DNA of 51,480 nucleotides, filler included, from Malassezia furfur (lineage: Eukaryota): NCBI GenBank assembly GCA_052055015.1. It is 2 parts of 2 records of this genome, joined end to end, with 100 filler letters (N's around TTAATTAATTAA, not from the genome) between each part and the next. Parts side by side here need not be neighbours in the genome. Positions count along the whole stretch, not along the records: positions 1 to 25,698 come from JBQJIT010000132.1; 1 more part is not named here. One strand, 5' to 3'. Below, piece by piece: positions 10,445 through 20,754 of this stretch. The position numbers were made by a program, and so were the translations under genes. How positions within the stretch are numbered: position 1 is the stretch's first letter; each line of letters starts with the position of its first letter. Below the pieces are notes generated by a model, which was not told where the DNA came from, made no database searches, and saw only the letters and a list, made by a program, of their open reading frames with translations.

Positions 10445-11773
10445 TCAGTCACTCTTTGAGCTGATGATAAACTTCAATGACTCGTAATGCGACATCATGG
10501 GATAGTCTTGATGCGAAATGCAGGTAGCAAAGTCGGCAGTGTGCGACTTCGGGAACCCTCCAAAGACGCTCTCAAGCGACTTGAGCCAGTAGGCACCACG
10601 CGAAAGGCGATTGGGCCCTTGCGCTTGGAAAGCGCACTTCTCCGACGTGCCACCGTTGTCGTCCATACCGTACGAGTAGTGGACACGACGGTTCTTGAAG
10701 CGGTTCAACAGTTTGTTCTTCTTCCTGAAATCGCTCGTAGCGTAGCTGGGAGGAGTGCCGTCGAGGCCATAGGGGTATTCATTGTAATCACTGCAGTTGC
10801 TTTGGTAGCCCGACATAGGGCGATTGTCATCCAGGTACATGTACGAACCTGGGCTGCCGACCCAGTAGCTGATTTTGCCGTCGAAGTTGTCCGACTTGCG
10901 CATAATTGCGTAACGCTGAACAGTCTGACCACCCATGGAATGGCCAGCGATCACGACGTGTTTAATATTAGGGAAGTTGGTGCTGTTCAGCGCATAGTTG
11001 ACAAAATGGTCAATGACCGAGAATGAGCTGATTCCTTTGAAGCCCGACGGACCCCGCGTGGTTCCTGCCACCGCCCAGCCAGAGTCCTCGAAGTAGATTT
11101 CGTCCGAGTTCAGCGCACCACGCTCTTGGTCCTTCTGGTTGAAGAAAACGGGCGAGAGCATAAGCACACTGCCTTTCTTGACATCGAGCTCTGGGTACTT
11201 TCGGGCGATGTTGTATGCGTTGCCGATGATGTTGATATAGCTCCAAGAGTCGCGCCATTGTCCAGGAATGACAATCACCGCGCGCTCGATCTTTTCAGCA
11301 TCCTGATAATCATTGACGTAAAACGGCGCGATAGCAGTGTCGTCGCCGTTCGTACGGATAGGCATGGTACGGTTCAACTTGAAGCCCGTGAGGAACTGCG
11401 GAAGGCTAAAGTAGCCATTCTCGTAGTCTCCAAGGGCAATGGGGCTCAAATGGAGTGCGGCGCCACGTGCCCACGGCATCTGCTCCTGGATGACAATCCC
11501 ACGCCCAGGGACAATGTTTTGGTAGTCCCACAAGCCCTCGTTAGGGTCGAGCACGTTCGGAATCTTCAACACTTCATCTGCGGCTCCGATGGGGTCCGTC
11601 ACGCTCAACGTCGAGATCGACTCCTGCGCACTGCACGACGCTTGACGCGCCTGAAGCACTGGGGCGGTGTCGTGTGCACGCTCTCCATTAGCGGTGTCGT
11701 TCGCTGCACATGAGGAGACGATGCATGCCATGGTGCCGAGAAGCAGCGCGTTCAATTTTATGGTGGGCCGCAT
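10445..11773 (-). CDS. Secreted alpha/beta-hydrolase paralog 3 (soluble, more divergent); intronless
   Basis: Signal peptide, DPIGA, PGQWRDSW, GHSMGGQ, WVGSPGS, MDDNGG and ISHQDYPM. Confidence 0.85.
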   Translation of the reverse strand: MRPTIKLNALLLGTMACIVSSCAANDTANGERAHDTAPVLQARQASCSAQESISTLSVTDPIGAADEVLKIPNVLDPNEGLWDYQNIVPGRGIVIQEQMPWARGAALHLSPIALGDYENGYFSLPQFLTGFKLNRTMPIRTNGDDTAIAPFYVNDYQDAEKIERAVIVIPGQWRDSWSYINIIGNAYNIARKYPELDVKKGSVLMLSPVFFNQKDQERGALNSDEIYFEDSGWAVAGTTRGPSGFKGISSFSVIDHFVNYALNSTNFPNIKHVVIAGHSMGGQTVQRYAIMRKSDNFDGKISYWVGSPGSYMYLDDNRPMSGYQSNCSDYNEYPYGLDGTPPSYATSDFRKKNKLLNRFKNRRVHYSYGMDDNGGTSEKCAFQAQGPNRLSRGAYWLKSLESVFGGFPKSHTADFATCISHQDYPMMSHYESLKFIISSKSD

Positions 11774-12266
11774 TGGTTACGTTCTGGGAGGGGTTGAATA
11801 GCGAGATACGATCCTGGCGCCGTAGGCTGATCGACGATCCTCCCATATTTATGCTCTCCGCATTCAGGCTGCTAGGGCAGAGTGCACTTGCGCCTATTTC
11901 CGTGTCAACCCATGTAGGCTAATATTTGTCAGCCCCGATGACGTTAATCGGTCGTGCGCAGTGTTTTTACCGGCGAAACTGTCAAAAACGGACAAGACGG
12001 ACACGATGCCCACCCAGGGACAAAACCTGTGCCACTTCTCGGTAAATCTGGACCAATGAAGCGTGCGCATTTACGAATTTTTGATCTAATCTGCATGCCA
12101 ATGTGCCTCCAAATTAAAATAGCGGGCCCAATGCGGTAGATCAATACGCCCGCAGGCGCGAGATCAGCCACCGCGTCACACCCATGCATATGGATGGATG
12201 TGACCCTGCCATCCCGAAATAGTAGTGGGCGGCGACATCGTCGCGAATTGTGCCGTGCCGCATTGC

Positions 12267-14491
12267 TTAACGACTGCGCGAAGTGCCCAGCCCCCGTTTC
12301 CCTATTATGTTAGTACACTGGTACTGCCGTTGCAATGGAAAACGTACCTGCAAAGAGCCATTTGGGTTTGGATTCTTGGATGCGCCTGTCAGACTCACCC
12401 GCACGCGCCTCTTGGTTGCGTCCGCGGATGCCCATTTCATGCAAGTTCCGCGCCTTCTTTTCTTGTGCCGAGTCGCGAAGACCCTCCGACTGGCGGTTCC
12501 GCGCCGGAATACGAGCGGCACCGGCGCGGGCGGTAATGGGACCACCAACACGGTTGGTAGATGCCGTAGTCGAACTCTTGCCGCGAGTGAGCGCAGCGGA
12601 CCGCTTGACGCCCGCCGCACGGGCCTTTTTCCGGGTGGGCGCCTCGTCTTCCTCGACGGACATGGCCTCGCTGGATTCCCCATCCTCTTCGTCGTCCTCC
12701 ATATCCACATCCTCCTCGTCGCTGTCTTGGCGGCTCTTGCGCTTACCCACCAGGCCCTTGGCTTTAGCCAGGAGTTCGGCGCGCATCTCGATGTTGCTAG
12801 GGTCGATGCCCGCTGCGCGCATGTTCTCGGCCATCTGGGACAGCGTGCGGTGCTGCAGCTTGCGCGGAACCTGCGCACGGCCCTGCAAGGCCTTCTTGTT
12901 CTGTGCCATGAGCTTGGCCTTGTCTTTGCGGTCCTTGATGCCCTGCGCAATGGCACGCATCTCTTCGTCCTCGCTGTTCTGCTCGTCCTCGCTCTCGTCG
13001 TAGAAACCGTCGGCCTCGAGCTTCTCCTCTTCGCGCTCGAGCTTGTCGAGCGAGGCCATAATGTCAGGGTCGATAAAGTCGGCAATGTTCTTGCCCTCGT
13101 AAATTTCGGGAATCGTGTCGTACTTCCACTCATCGTTCGCGAGCATGTAGTTTTTCTTCAAGTCGATGTTGTGCACACCTGCACCGCCCTGCTCCTCCTG
13201 CTCGTCGCGTTCCGTCCGGCGGCGACGGGGGTCGTTGATGTCAAACTTCTTGCGACTGCCATCGGCAATAGCCGGCGGCACAAACGGCTTACGTTCGACA
13301 TCGTCGCGGCGCTGTGGCGTGGCGACGTGGAGACGGTTCATAATCGAGTTCGCCTTGGGGCCCTTGACCTTGCCCTCAACGCGGGTGGCAAGCAGCGTCT
13401 CGCAGGCGTTCTGCTTGAGCTCCATGATACCCTCGTCGGTAAAGGTGCTGATCTGTGCCAGATGAACGTTGCCCTCCTCCAAGAGCCCACGCACCATGCC
13501 CGCGCGCTCGTCATCGAGGTCTTCGAGCTTGGCCACGTCAATCTTGTTGATCACAAGGAAGGTCGGCTTGTTGGCGAAAAGAGGCTTGATGCTGTTGAAG
13601 AGCTGCACTTGCGCCTCAATCGTGTAGCCACACTGCTCCGAGAGATCCATAAAGTACATGACTGCCGCACGCAGATGCGCCAGCGCCGTGATGGCCTGCA
13701 TTTCAATCGTGTTCATCTCCTCCAATGGGTGGTCGAGGATACCAGGCGTGTCGATGACCTGCCAGCGCAGGTACTTGTAGTCCATATGGCCCACGAACAG
13801 CGACTTGGTTGTGAACGCGTACGGCTGCACGTCAACGTCGGCACGCGTCACTTTGTTGATAAAGCTCGACTTGCCGACGTTAGGGTAGCCACAAATGACC
13901 AGCGTCCGTGTTGACGGGTCGATCGAGGGCAGACGCGAGATATGCTGACGGACCTGCTCAAGGTACGCAAGCGGGTCTTTGTTGCGGCGCATGATGGTGG
14001 CCATGCGACCGAGCGCCGCGCGCTTCAGCTGCTTGCAGCGGAACAGACTGTCACCAAACTTGATCAGGCGGACATAGTCCTTAGCCACCTGCTCGATCAG
14101 ATGCCGCGCAGTGTTAATCTGGCCAAGCGCGAGCTTGTAGTGATTCTTGTCGTAAAGGACACTGCGGGTGTTAGTACCAAATCCAAGGTGGGGTGCAACT
14201 TACTTCATCAGGGACGACGTGAAAGGATGCAAATTCTACACGGTCAGCAAGCTGGGTACCTGCAACACATACCTCAAGAACAGGAAACTCATTGAGAATG
14301 CCCTGCAGCTTTTCCACGAAAGCATCCTTGGTGAACATCACCTTGCGCATATAGAATGAGCGGATGCGCGTGATTTTGAAGCCAGGGTGAATAACCGTCG
14401 GCGTCTTCCGCTGGGTCTTCGACAAGACAATGTCCAGAAAGTCATTTGCGGTAGGTACCGGCGCAATCGACGCCTTCAACGTTGCCGACAT
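12267..14491 (-). CDS. NOG1: Nucleolar GTP-binding protein Nog1 (60S biogenesis); 3 introns
   Basis: [58 protein letters not shown] and NKID. Spliced C-terminus [17 protein letters not shown]. Confidence 0.96.
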
Positions 14492-14546
14492 CGTGTCAAC
14501 CAGGCACAGCAACCCAAAGAGAAGTGGCCTCTGCCGGTGATGGCAA

Positions 14547-14650
14547 CAAAATTTGCAGAGCCTGCGTCGCTGTGGAAATTTTTGGCCCCCCTGCCTTACT
14601 AAACAGGTAGACCAATGCTGCTTGACGCCACGCCCCGGCCAAAATTTTTT
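14547..14650. promoter_or_regulatory. RRPE-like (AAAWTTTT) elements upstream of NOG1
   Basis: GAAATTTTT near 14575 and AAAATTTTTT at 14641, within about 160 bp of the start of a ribosome-biogenesis gene. RRPE is the established Ribi motif in yeasts. Confidence 0.5.
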
Positions 14651-15291
14651 TTGGCAGCCGTCCCCAACCATTGGCTGGATCTTATGGCACACCGCCAGGA
14701 CGCGCGCTTAGTCAAGCCGGAAGAGAAAAAAGTGCACGAGCGCCCGGTGATACACGCCGCGCTGGCTTGTCAAGGCGAGAGCATTTATCGCTGTTGGACA
14801 GCCATCTGCGGGCGCTACGGCCACTCTCCCGTCCACGTTTTTGCGTTCTACCCAGACTGGCCGGATTTGTGCTACACTTTGCTTGTGCGGACCTTGCTTC
14901 GTTTTCCGCACTTGTTCTCTGCTCAAAGTATGTATGCAGAGCTCCGCCTTTTCGGTGGGGCGACACCCGACCCTTGAACATGTCTAACACACGCCGTCCA
15001 GATCATGCTTGGAGTGTTTCTACTGAGCTCACAGCCATTCACGATACCTACCAAAACGGTCAATTTGATTGACAATTCTACCAACCTTGAACAACAAACG
15101 TACATTGATTCCTATCAAGACCTTGAGCTGGGGCATACACCGCAAGCCCTTTGAGAGAGGTTCTCTTTTTTGAATTTGCTTGGGTTATTCAGGTACGATA
15201 CCTTGGGTGTGCCCGGCAACGTACTTACACTTCTGCTTCAGCAATAGCCCGAGAACTGGCGCAAACGAAGGACAACCATACGTTGGCCAAG

Positions 15292-17916
15292 ATGCAAGTT
15301 GCGCCCAATCCAGCACCCCTGGCGACCTCGCCAGTACACGACAACCACAATACACAACGAACTTCGCGCCTGGGCACCTCGTTGACAGGCGCTGCATGCA
15401 AACAGCCCGAGGATGACAACACAGACGACGATGCCGATGCGACAGATCTCGGCGAAGTCGTCAATTCCGACGATTACCTCTCGAACGACCAAGACTCGAC
15501 GGGAGATCTCTCGGAAACAGATGATTCGGACATGGCGAAACAAATTGAAGCGGCGGGCGAGGGAGAGTCCCTGCTCGGCTCCGACGATTCCAGCGATGAA
15601 GCCCACCTTGCCGAGGAGGAAAAGTACATCATCGACGATGAGCTCCATCGGTCGCACACCAAGCACAGTCATCCAGACCTGGTGGACGGTAAGTCGGATG
15701 ATGGCTATCGGTCCGAATCTGCCGGCACTGAAGAGGAGCTCAACTTTGACCATGACACCGACTTTTGGAATGCGCTTTCGCCGGCTGCGCAAGGCACCGA
15801 CGAAGACATTGGCGAGGAAATGTTCAAGCCCCAGCGCGGGTTTGCCACGTCCCCTGAGCCGTCCTTCTCCGACTTTTTCGCATCTTCCGACGAGGTGGAC
15901 GAGGGCAAGGAGAGCGGCGATGACGAGATGCTGACCACGGACGAGGATACCATGGAGGAGTCTGACGGGAGCTCTACAATCAGCTCCGCATCTGTTTCAG
16001 CGCCGCTGATTGCGCATTTCGGCACATCCCAGGAACTGCCTGGGGGTGCAGAAGGCCAGCACGTCGACGATCCCGATGCGGACGAAGACAAGTCGCTCAA
16101 GAGCGCCATTCCTCTCCTCGTCATCGAGGACCTGGATGGACGACTAATTTACGCGCGCGCCGGCGATGGGGAGGCGGTCTTCGGCTCGGACGGCGAATTT
16201 GAGTTTGTTGGCGAGAGCGAGGACGACTCGTCGAGCGATGACCTGGACGGCGGAGCGGGTTACGGTTTTGCGGGAGATGCAAACGCGCTACCTAATCCGA
16301 CACGCGCCCCAGGCGCTTCTGATACCCAAACCTATGACACTGGTGATGACGGTGATACAACCGACGAGCTCCCCGACGAAGATATGCCATATCCCCGCCT
16401 GCTTGTGGGCTCGATCGCACCCAGGGGCGGCCGCAACGCTCGCCGTGCGCGTGAGATTGCCGCGCGATCACGCAGGTCGTCGCCGCGCGTGTCGTCGCCC
16501 GCACCGCATGGCGGCGCAGCTGAGATGCGCGGTGGCCCGCGTACGCCCAGCGCACTCTCGCAGGCCTACCCCATTTCGGACGATGAGTCGGAGCTTACAG
16601 CGCATGAGGGTGCTTCCGATGCAAGCCCAACGAAGGGTGCTGCGGCGCACGACACAAACGGTAGTGCAGGCCATGGTTCTGATGCAGTTGCCGGTGTGTC
16701 GCGCGACAGCGACTCGGCCACGGGCTGCTGCAAGCCCGAGATGGGCCAGTTCATCCCCGCACTTTCCAAGTCAGTGCACCGTGCGGTGATCGATGGTTCC
16801 CATCGCGCTCCGTCCCCGTTCAGCAAGCGTACTCCTTTGAAACACGGCTTCGGAAGGCGTCGCGCCGCTTCGCGTGCCGGCCTTTCGGAGGACTCGCTAG
16901 AGCATGCGCTAAGTGCGCCCTCGCGCATGAAGCGGAAGCGGTCGGGGGGCATGCCCTACATGGCGCCCCAGTACGGAGCCATCTCCACGACGCGTCCCGA
17001 CTCATCGCCTGAACCCATGTCGCCCGAGCCGTTGGATGCCATGGACCTGGGCGATGTTTTGGATGAGAACCTGATCTGGGAGATTGCTTCGAGCGACTCA
17101 GAGGACGAGCAGTCTGGCAACAAGGAGCTGGAGGACGATTCCAATGCGCCTCGCTCCTCCAAGAACCGGATGCGCCGTACCGATCGGTCGAAACTATCCG
17201 GCGTACCTGGGCTAAACTACAATGCGTTTGCACGATGGAACCGTATTCCCATCGGCGCGTTCCGCGACTCGCAGAAGCAGACCGGAGGCAGCCATCCTTC
17301 GCCCATGTCAGAGGTCTATGCGAGCCATCAGCGACCGACCGGAGCCTATCTGCTAACCCATCCATTCCCGACCAGCCGGGAGCAGCACCTGTCGAACGCC
17401 ATGACGCCGCCAGCCCGGCCGTCGTCGATACTACGTGCCAAAGAGCGCTCACCATTCCAACGCACGGTCTCACAGGGGGTTGCTTCGCCGCTGCACAGGA
17501 CACTGGCAGATGCCTCTTCGCTGCAAGATCCTACGACGACGCAGTCGCCCTTGCAAGCGAGCTTGGCGTGGGCACCTGCGAGCGAGGGTCGTGCCAACGC
17601 CACGTCGCGCTGGATGGACCAAGCGGGTGACCACACGGTGGTAGGCGGTCATTTCCTCGTGTCGCCCAAATTAACACCCGTGAAGCACTCATCCAGAGGT
17701 CCCAATGCGGGAAACCTGGGCGCACCAAGCGCGCCCGGGCCCTTTCCGCATAGTCGCAAGGTCACGAAGCGGGAGAAACGCGAGCGGCAGGCGCGGCGCG
17801 AAGCGATGAAGCGCGATCGCAGGCAGAGCCGCTCGCATTCGCGCGAAGACAACGACTCTCGCCATAGCCCCTTGTCCTATACAGATGCCGCACAGGTATC
17901 TCGCCTCCGTAGCTGA
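15292..17916 (+). CDS. Large acidic, largely disordered protein; candidate Ifh1/Crf1-like transcriptional coactivator (both ends uncertain, possible 3' intron starting near 17896)
   Basis: About 875-codon ORF rich in D/E/S. Contains DDGDTTDELPDEDMP, RWNRIPIGAFRDS and basic NLS-like stretches. The CDS is certain; the functional call is tentative. Confidence 0.6.
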   Translation: MQVAPNPAPLATSPVHDNHNTQRTSRLGTSLTGAACKQPEDDNTDDDADATDLGEVVNSDDYLSNDQDSTGDLSETDDSDMAKQIEAAGEGESLLGSDDSSDEAHLAEEEKYIIDDELHRSHTKHSHPDLVDGKSDDGYRSESAGTEEELNFDHDTDFWNALSPAAQGTDEDIGEEMFKPQRGFATSPEPSFSDFFASSDEVDEGKESGDDEMLTTDEDTMEESDGSSTISSASVSAPLIAHFGTSQELPGGAEGQHVDDPDADEDKSLKSAIPLLVIEDLDGRLIYARAGDGEAVFGSDGEFEFVGESEDDSSSDDLDGGAGYGFAGDANALPNPTRAPGASDTQTYDTGDDGDTTDELPDEDMPYPRLLVGSIAPRGGRNARRAREIAARSRRSSPRVSSPAPHGGAAEMRGGPRTPSALSQAYPISDDESELTAHEGASDASPTKGAAAHDTNGSAGHGSDAVAGVSRDSDSATGCCKPEMGQFIPALSKSVHRAVIDGSHRAPSPFSKRTPLKHGFGRRRAASRAGLSEDSLEHALSAPSRMKRKRSGGMPYMAPQYGAISTTRPDSSPEPMSPEPLDAMDLGDVLDENLIWEIASSDSEDEQSGNKELEDDSNAPRSSKNRMRRTDRSKLSGVPGLNYNAFARWNRIPIGAFRDSQKQTGGSHPSPMSEVYASHQRPTGAYLLTHPFPTSREQHLSNAMTPPARPSSILRAKERSPFQRTVSQGVASPLHRTLADASSLQDPTTTQSPLQASLAWAPASEGRANATSRWMDQAGDHTVVGGHFLVSPKLTPVKHSSRGPNAGNLGAPSAPGPFPHSRKVTKREKRERQARREAMKRDRRQSRSHSREDNDSRHSPLSYTDAAQVSRLRS

Positions 17917-18534
17917 CCAAGGCTATATTTCCTTGACTACGGCCAACTTTCAGGCCATATTCCCTGCTATACCCGCTATGGACCCTTGGTCTAGTAGAGC
18001 GAGTAAGACTCCGTCCCGTCGCACAGACGCTCCCGCTGCGAGGTATTTAGACCAATAGAGCCGTGCTGTTAGGGTCTCGCAAGGTCGCCCCAGGGCCCTC
18101 GTCTCTATGGGCGCAAGTGGTGATATCCCCAGCCCTCACGGCTGAATTTGTTCTACCCAGGGTAACGGGGGGGAATTATGTGGGAACCAGTTGTGTTTAA
18201 AAATTGATTGGGTCATGGGACCCGATTACTGCAGCCACTTATAACAGTGCATGTCACCGTGCTGGTCTGCAGCAAATGGAGCTGCGAAATAAAGTTGCAA
18301 ATTCGCAGGGCAAAAGCACGGTGTACCCTTCTTCACGCTCTTGCGGGTTGAAGCTACCCTTGTTTCTATCTTGCCTGTAAAGGCTACATTGCTCTCGCTC
18401 GAGTTGCCCTCGCTCCAGCAGTTAGGTTTTGTCGCTCAACGTACCCTGTGCACACCGAGCAACAATCAACCACACACAATTGACATACTGTACAACGAAC
18501 CTACGGCGTTCGATTGATTCCATCCGAACGTCCC

Positions 18535-20430
18535 ATGAGCACGTCTCCTCACGCTGCCTTGGAAGCAGAAGTGCCAGGAAATCGGCTCGAGGAGCGCGAT
18601 GATCCTCGCACAAACAGCCAGACCAGCGTGTCGGCCGTGCTCGTGCAAGAGAAAGGGCCAAGCGTGAATACACCGTCAACGCAGCAGCCTGAAGATCGGC
18701 GAGATGATGGCCACGATCGTGAAATACGGTCACAGAACCCTTCAATGGGCGCAGCTCACGTTGGTCGTGACGAGGAGATACATAAATCGCGTGAGGAGAC
18801 AACCGATGGGAGATCGCATGGATCCAATACGTCGCCGAACGACTCTACGCCGTCGACGCAGAGCGAGGGTGCAACACCCAGCACGAACAGTGGAGCTGCC
18901 ATTTCACCCGAGGCGAGAGCCAAATCGTCCAGTGACTCTTCCACGCCCGGAACACAGTCCACCAAGGCTTTACCTCAGGGCCGAGAGTCTCGTGGGAGCA
19001 TCAATGTCGGGGGAAAGAGGCGCTACCCATGCCCCTTCCCTGGCTGCGACAAGACGTTTTCGACTAGCGGCCATTCGTCGCGTCACAGCCGCATCCACAC
19101 CGGGGAGAAGCCTTATCGTTGCTCTTACCCTGGCTGCAATGCTCAATTCTCACGGTACGACAACAGCCTGCAGCATTATCGGACGCATATTATTTCCTCC
19201 AAGGGCGGAAAGAAGACGTGAGGAAAGTCCAATGCACAGGCGGCATCGGACGAGGCCGCTGCGGCCGAGCCCAGTCGGCCATCCAGTGCGGTAATGGCGC
19301 GAACGACCAATGAGCTGCCGGCCACCACCGCCCCCGTGGTTGAGGCCGTGCCTGCGGATGACCGTATGCTACGTGCCGTGCCTCCGCCTGCTTCCGCTGT
19401 GGCGCGTTCCATTCCGGCCAAGCCTGCGTCTGCCCTCTCGTCGCCAGCTGCGCGACCGGCTCCGAGAATGTCGGTATCGCCGCTGGATGGACCCGTTGCA
19501 GGGTCGCACGTGGAAACCAAGATGGTCCCCTTGGCCCTGGATGGCGCACGTCCCGACTCTCTTACACACTTGACGGGCGTCGAGGCTGATCGCGTCACGG
19601 GCGTGTCGGTGGCATCGCGTACGGCGGACGGTACCAAGAAGATGCGGCTGGACAGAACAGGAGGTGTGGCTGCTTTGGGGTCGCCGTTCGATGCGCCCCG
19701 TGGGCGGTATGCTCCGCCGTACGATCCGATGGATGCCCGCGATATGTATGCCCCCCACGGACCCTATGTGCCGCTGCATCCTGGCAAGATGGAGGGCGCT
19801 GTCCGGGCGGACCATGGAGACCATATGGACATGAAGGGACTGCCTCTGGATCCGGCGCCGGTCTATGGTGCTGTGAACACGAGGGTGATGTCTGCTGAGC
19901 TTTCTCCCAGCGTATCATCGCGGCGCTCAGGGCCATCAATGGTACAGGATGCCAGCTCGAAGCCCCCGATGGCCGAGAGCCAGACCTTTGATTTCGGCGT
20001 GCGCTCGATGGCATATCCTCTATCGGGCACGGAAAGCGATCGGGTACCACTGCCCCTGGCCTCGTATGTGTCCGAAACGGGCAACCGCGGCTTCCGCAAG
20101 GTGGTTTCTCGCCATGGCCCCGAGTCGCCGATCCTGCAGTCGCGCCCTCCTAGTTTCCGGATGCGCAAGAGCGGGAGCACTCCGTCCCTTTTGACGCTCG
20201 AAATCCCCCGCTCGGAGAGCTCACATTCGCTGTTCAAATATTCACTCTCCTCCGGGATGCCGGCAACGAGCCATCCGTTGAGCCCTGCTCAGAGCGTGGA
20301 GCGCCCAGGGAACCGTGTCACGGTGTCGGAGCAGTATATTCCCGATGAGTCCAAGATGACCACACAAGACTCTGTGCATAATGTGCCGAATTCGGAGCTT
20401 GTCTTACCGCCGCTCTCGCGCCTGGCATGA
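18535..20430 (+). CDS. NRG1: Nrg1-like C2H2 zinc-finger transcription factor interrupted by an in-frame TGA at 19219-19221
   Basis: Two fingers, CPFPGCDKTFSTSGHSSRHSRIHTGEK and CSYPGCNAQFSRYDNSLQHYRTH, match the Nrg1 signature. ORFs 18514-19221 and 19294-20430 are in the same frame, separated by a single stop. Confidence 0.75.
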
Positions 20431-20754
20431 GTGGTGGACGGCAGTTGAGAGCTCTGCCGGCTGCGGCACCCGCGTTGTGCAGGCGATATGCTTGCTATGC
20501 GAGGCCCCTATTTTCTTCCTGACTTGATGACTTCCCGCGTTTCGTGCCTGCTGTTTCTTCCCGTGCAGCACGACTGATTTCAAGATGGCTCTTATGTATT
20601 CTTAGCGTCCCTTGTACGTAGCCACCCACCTCGCCTATGCATCGGCCACCGCGCCAAGCGATTCCTGTAATGTTTACTCATCGGACTGCGCGCGTGGGCC
20701 ACCGTGGCAAGATCTGCGCAGGGACTGCGTGGCGTGAACTTCTCAACTACCGCT

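Noticed and set aside
14980..15290. Possible upstream exons or uORF of the acidic protein gene
   Set aside because: Several weak GT/AG combinations exist, but none gives a convincing model without transcript data.
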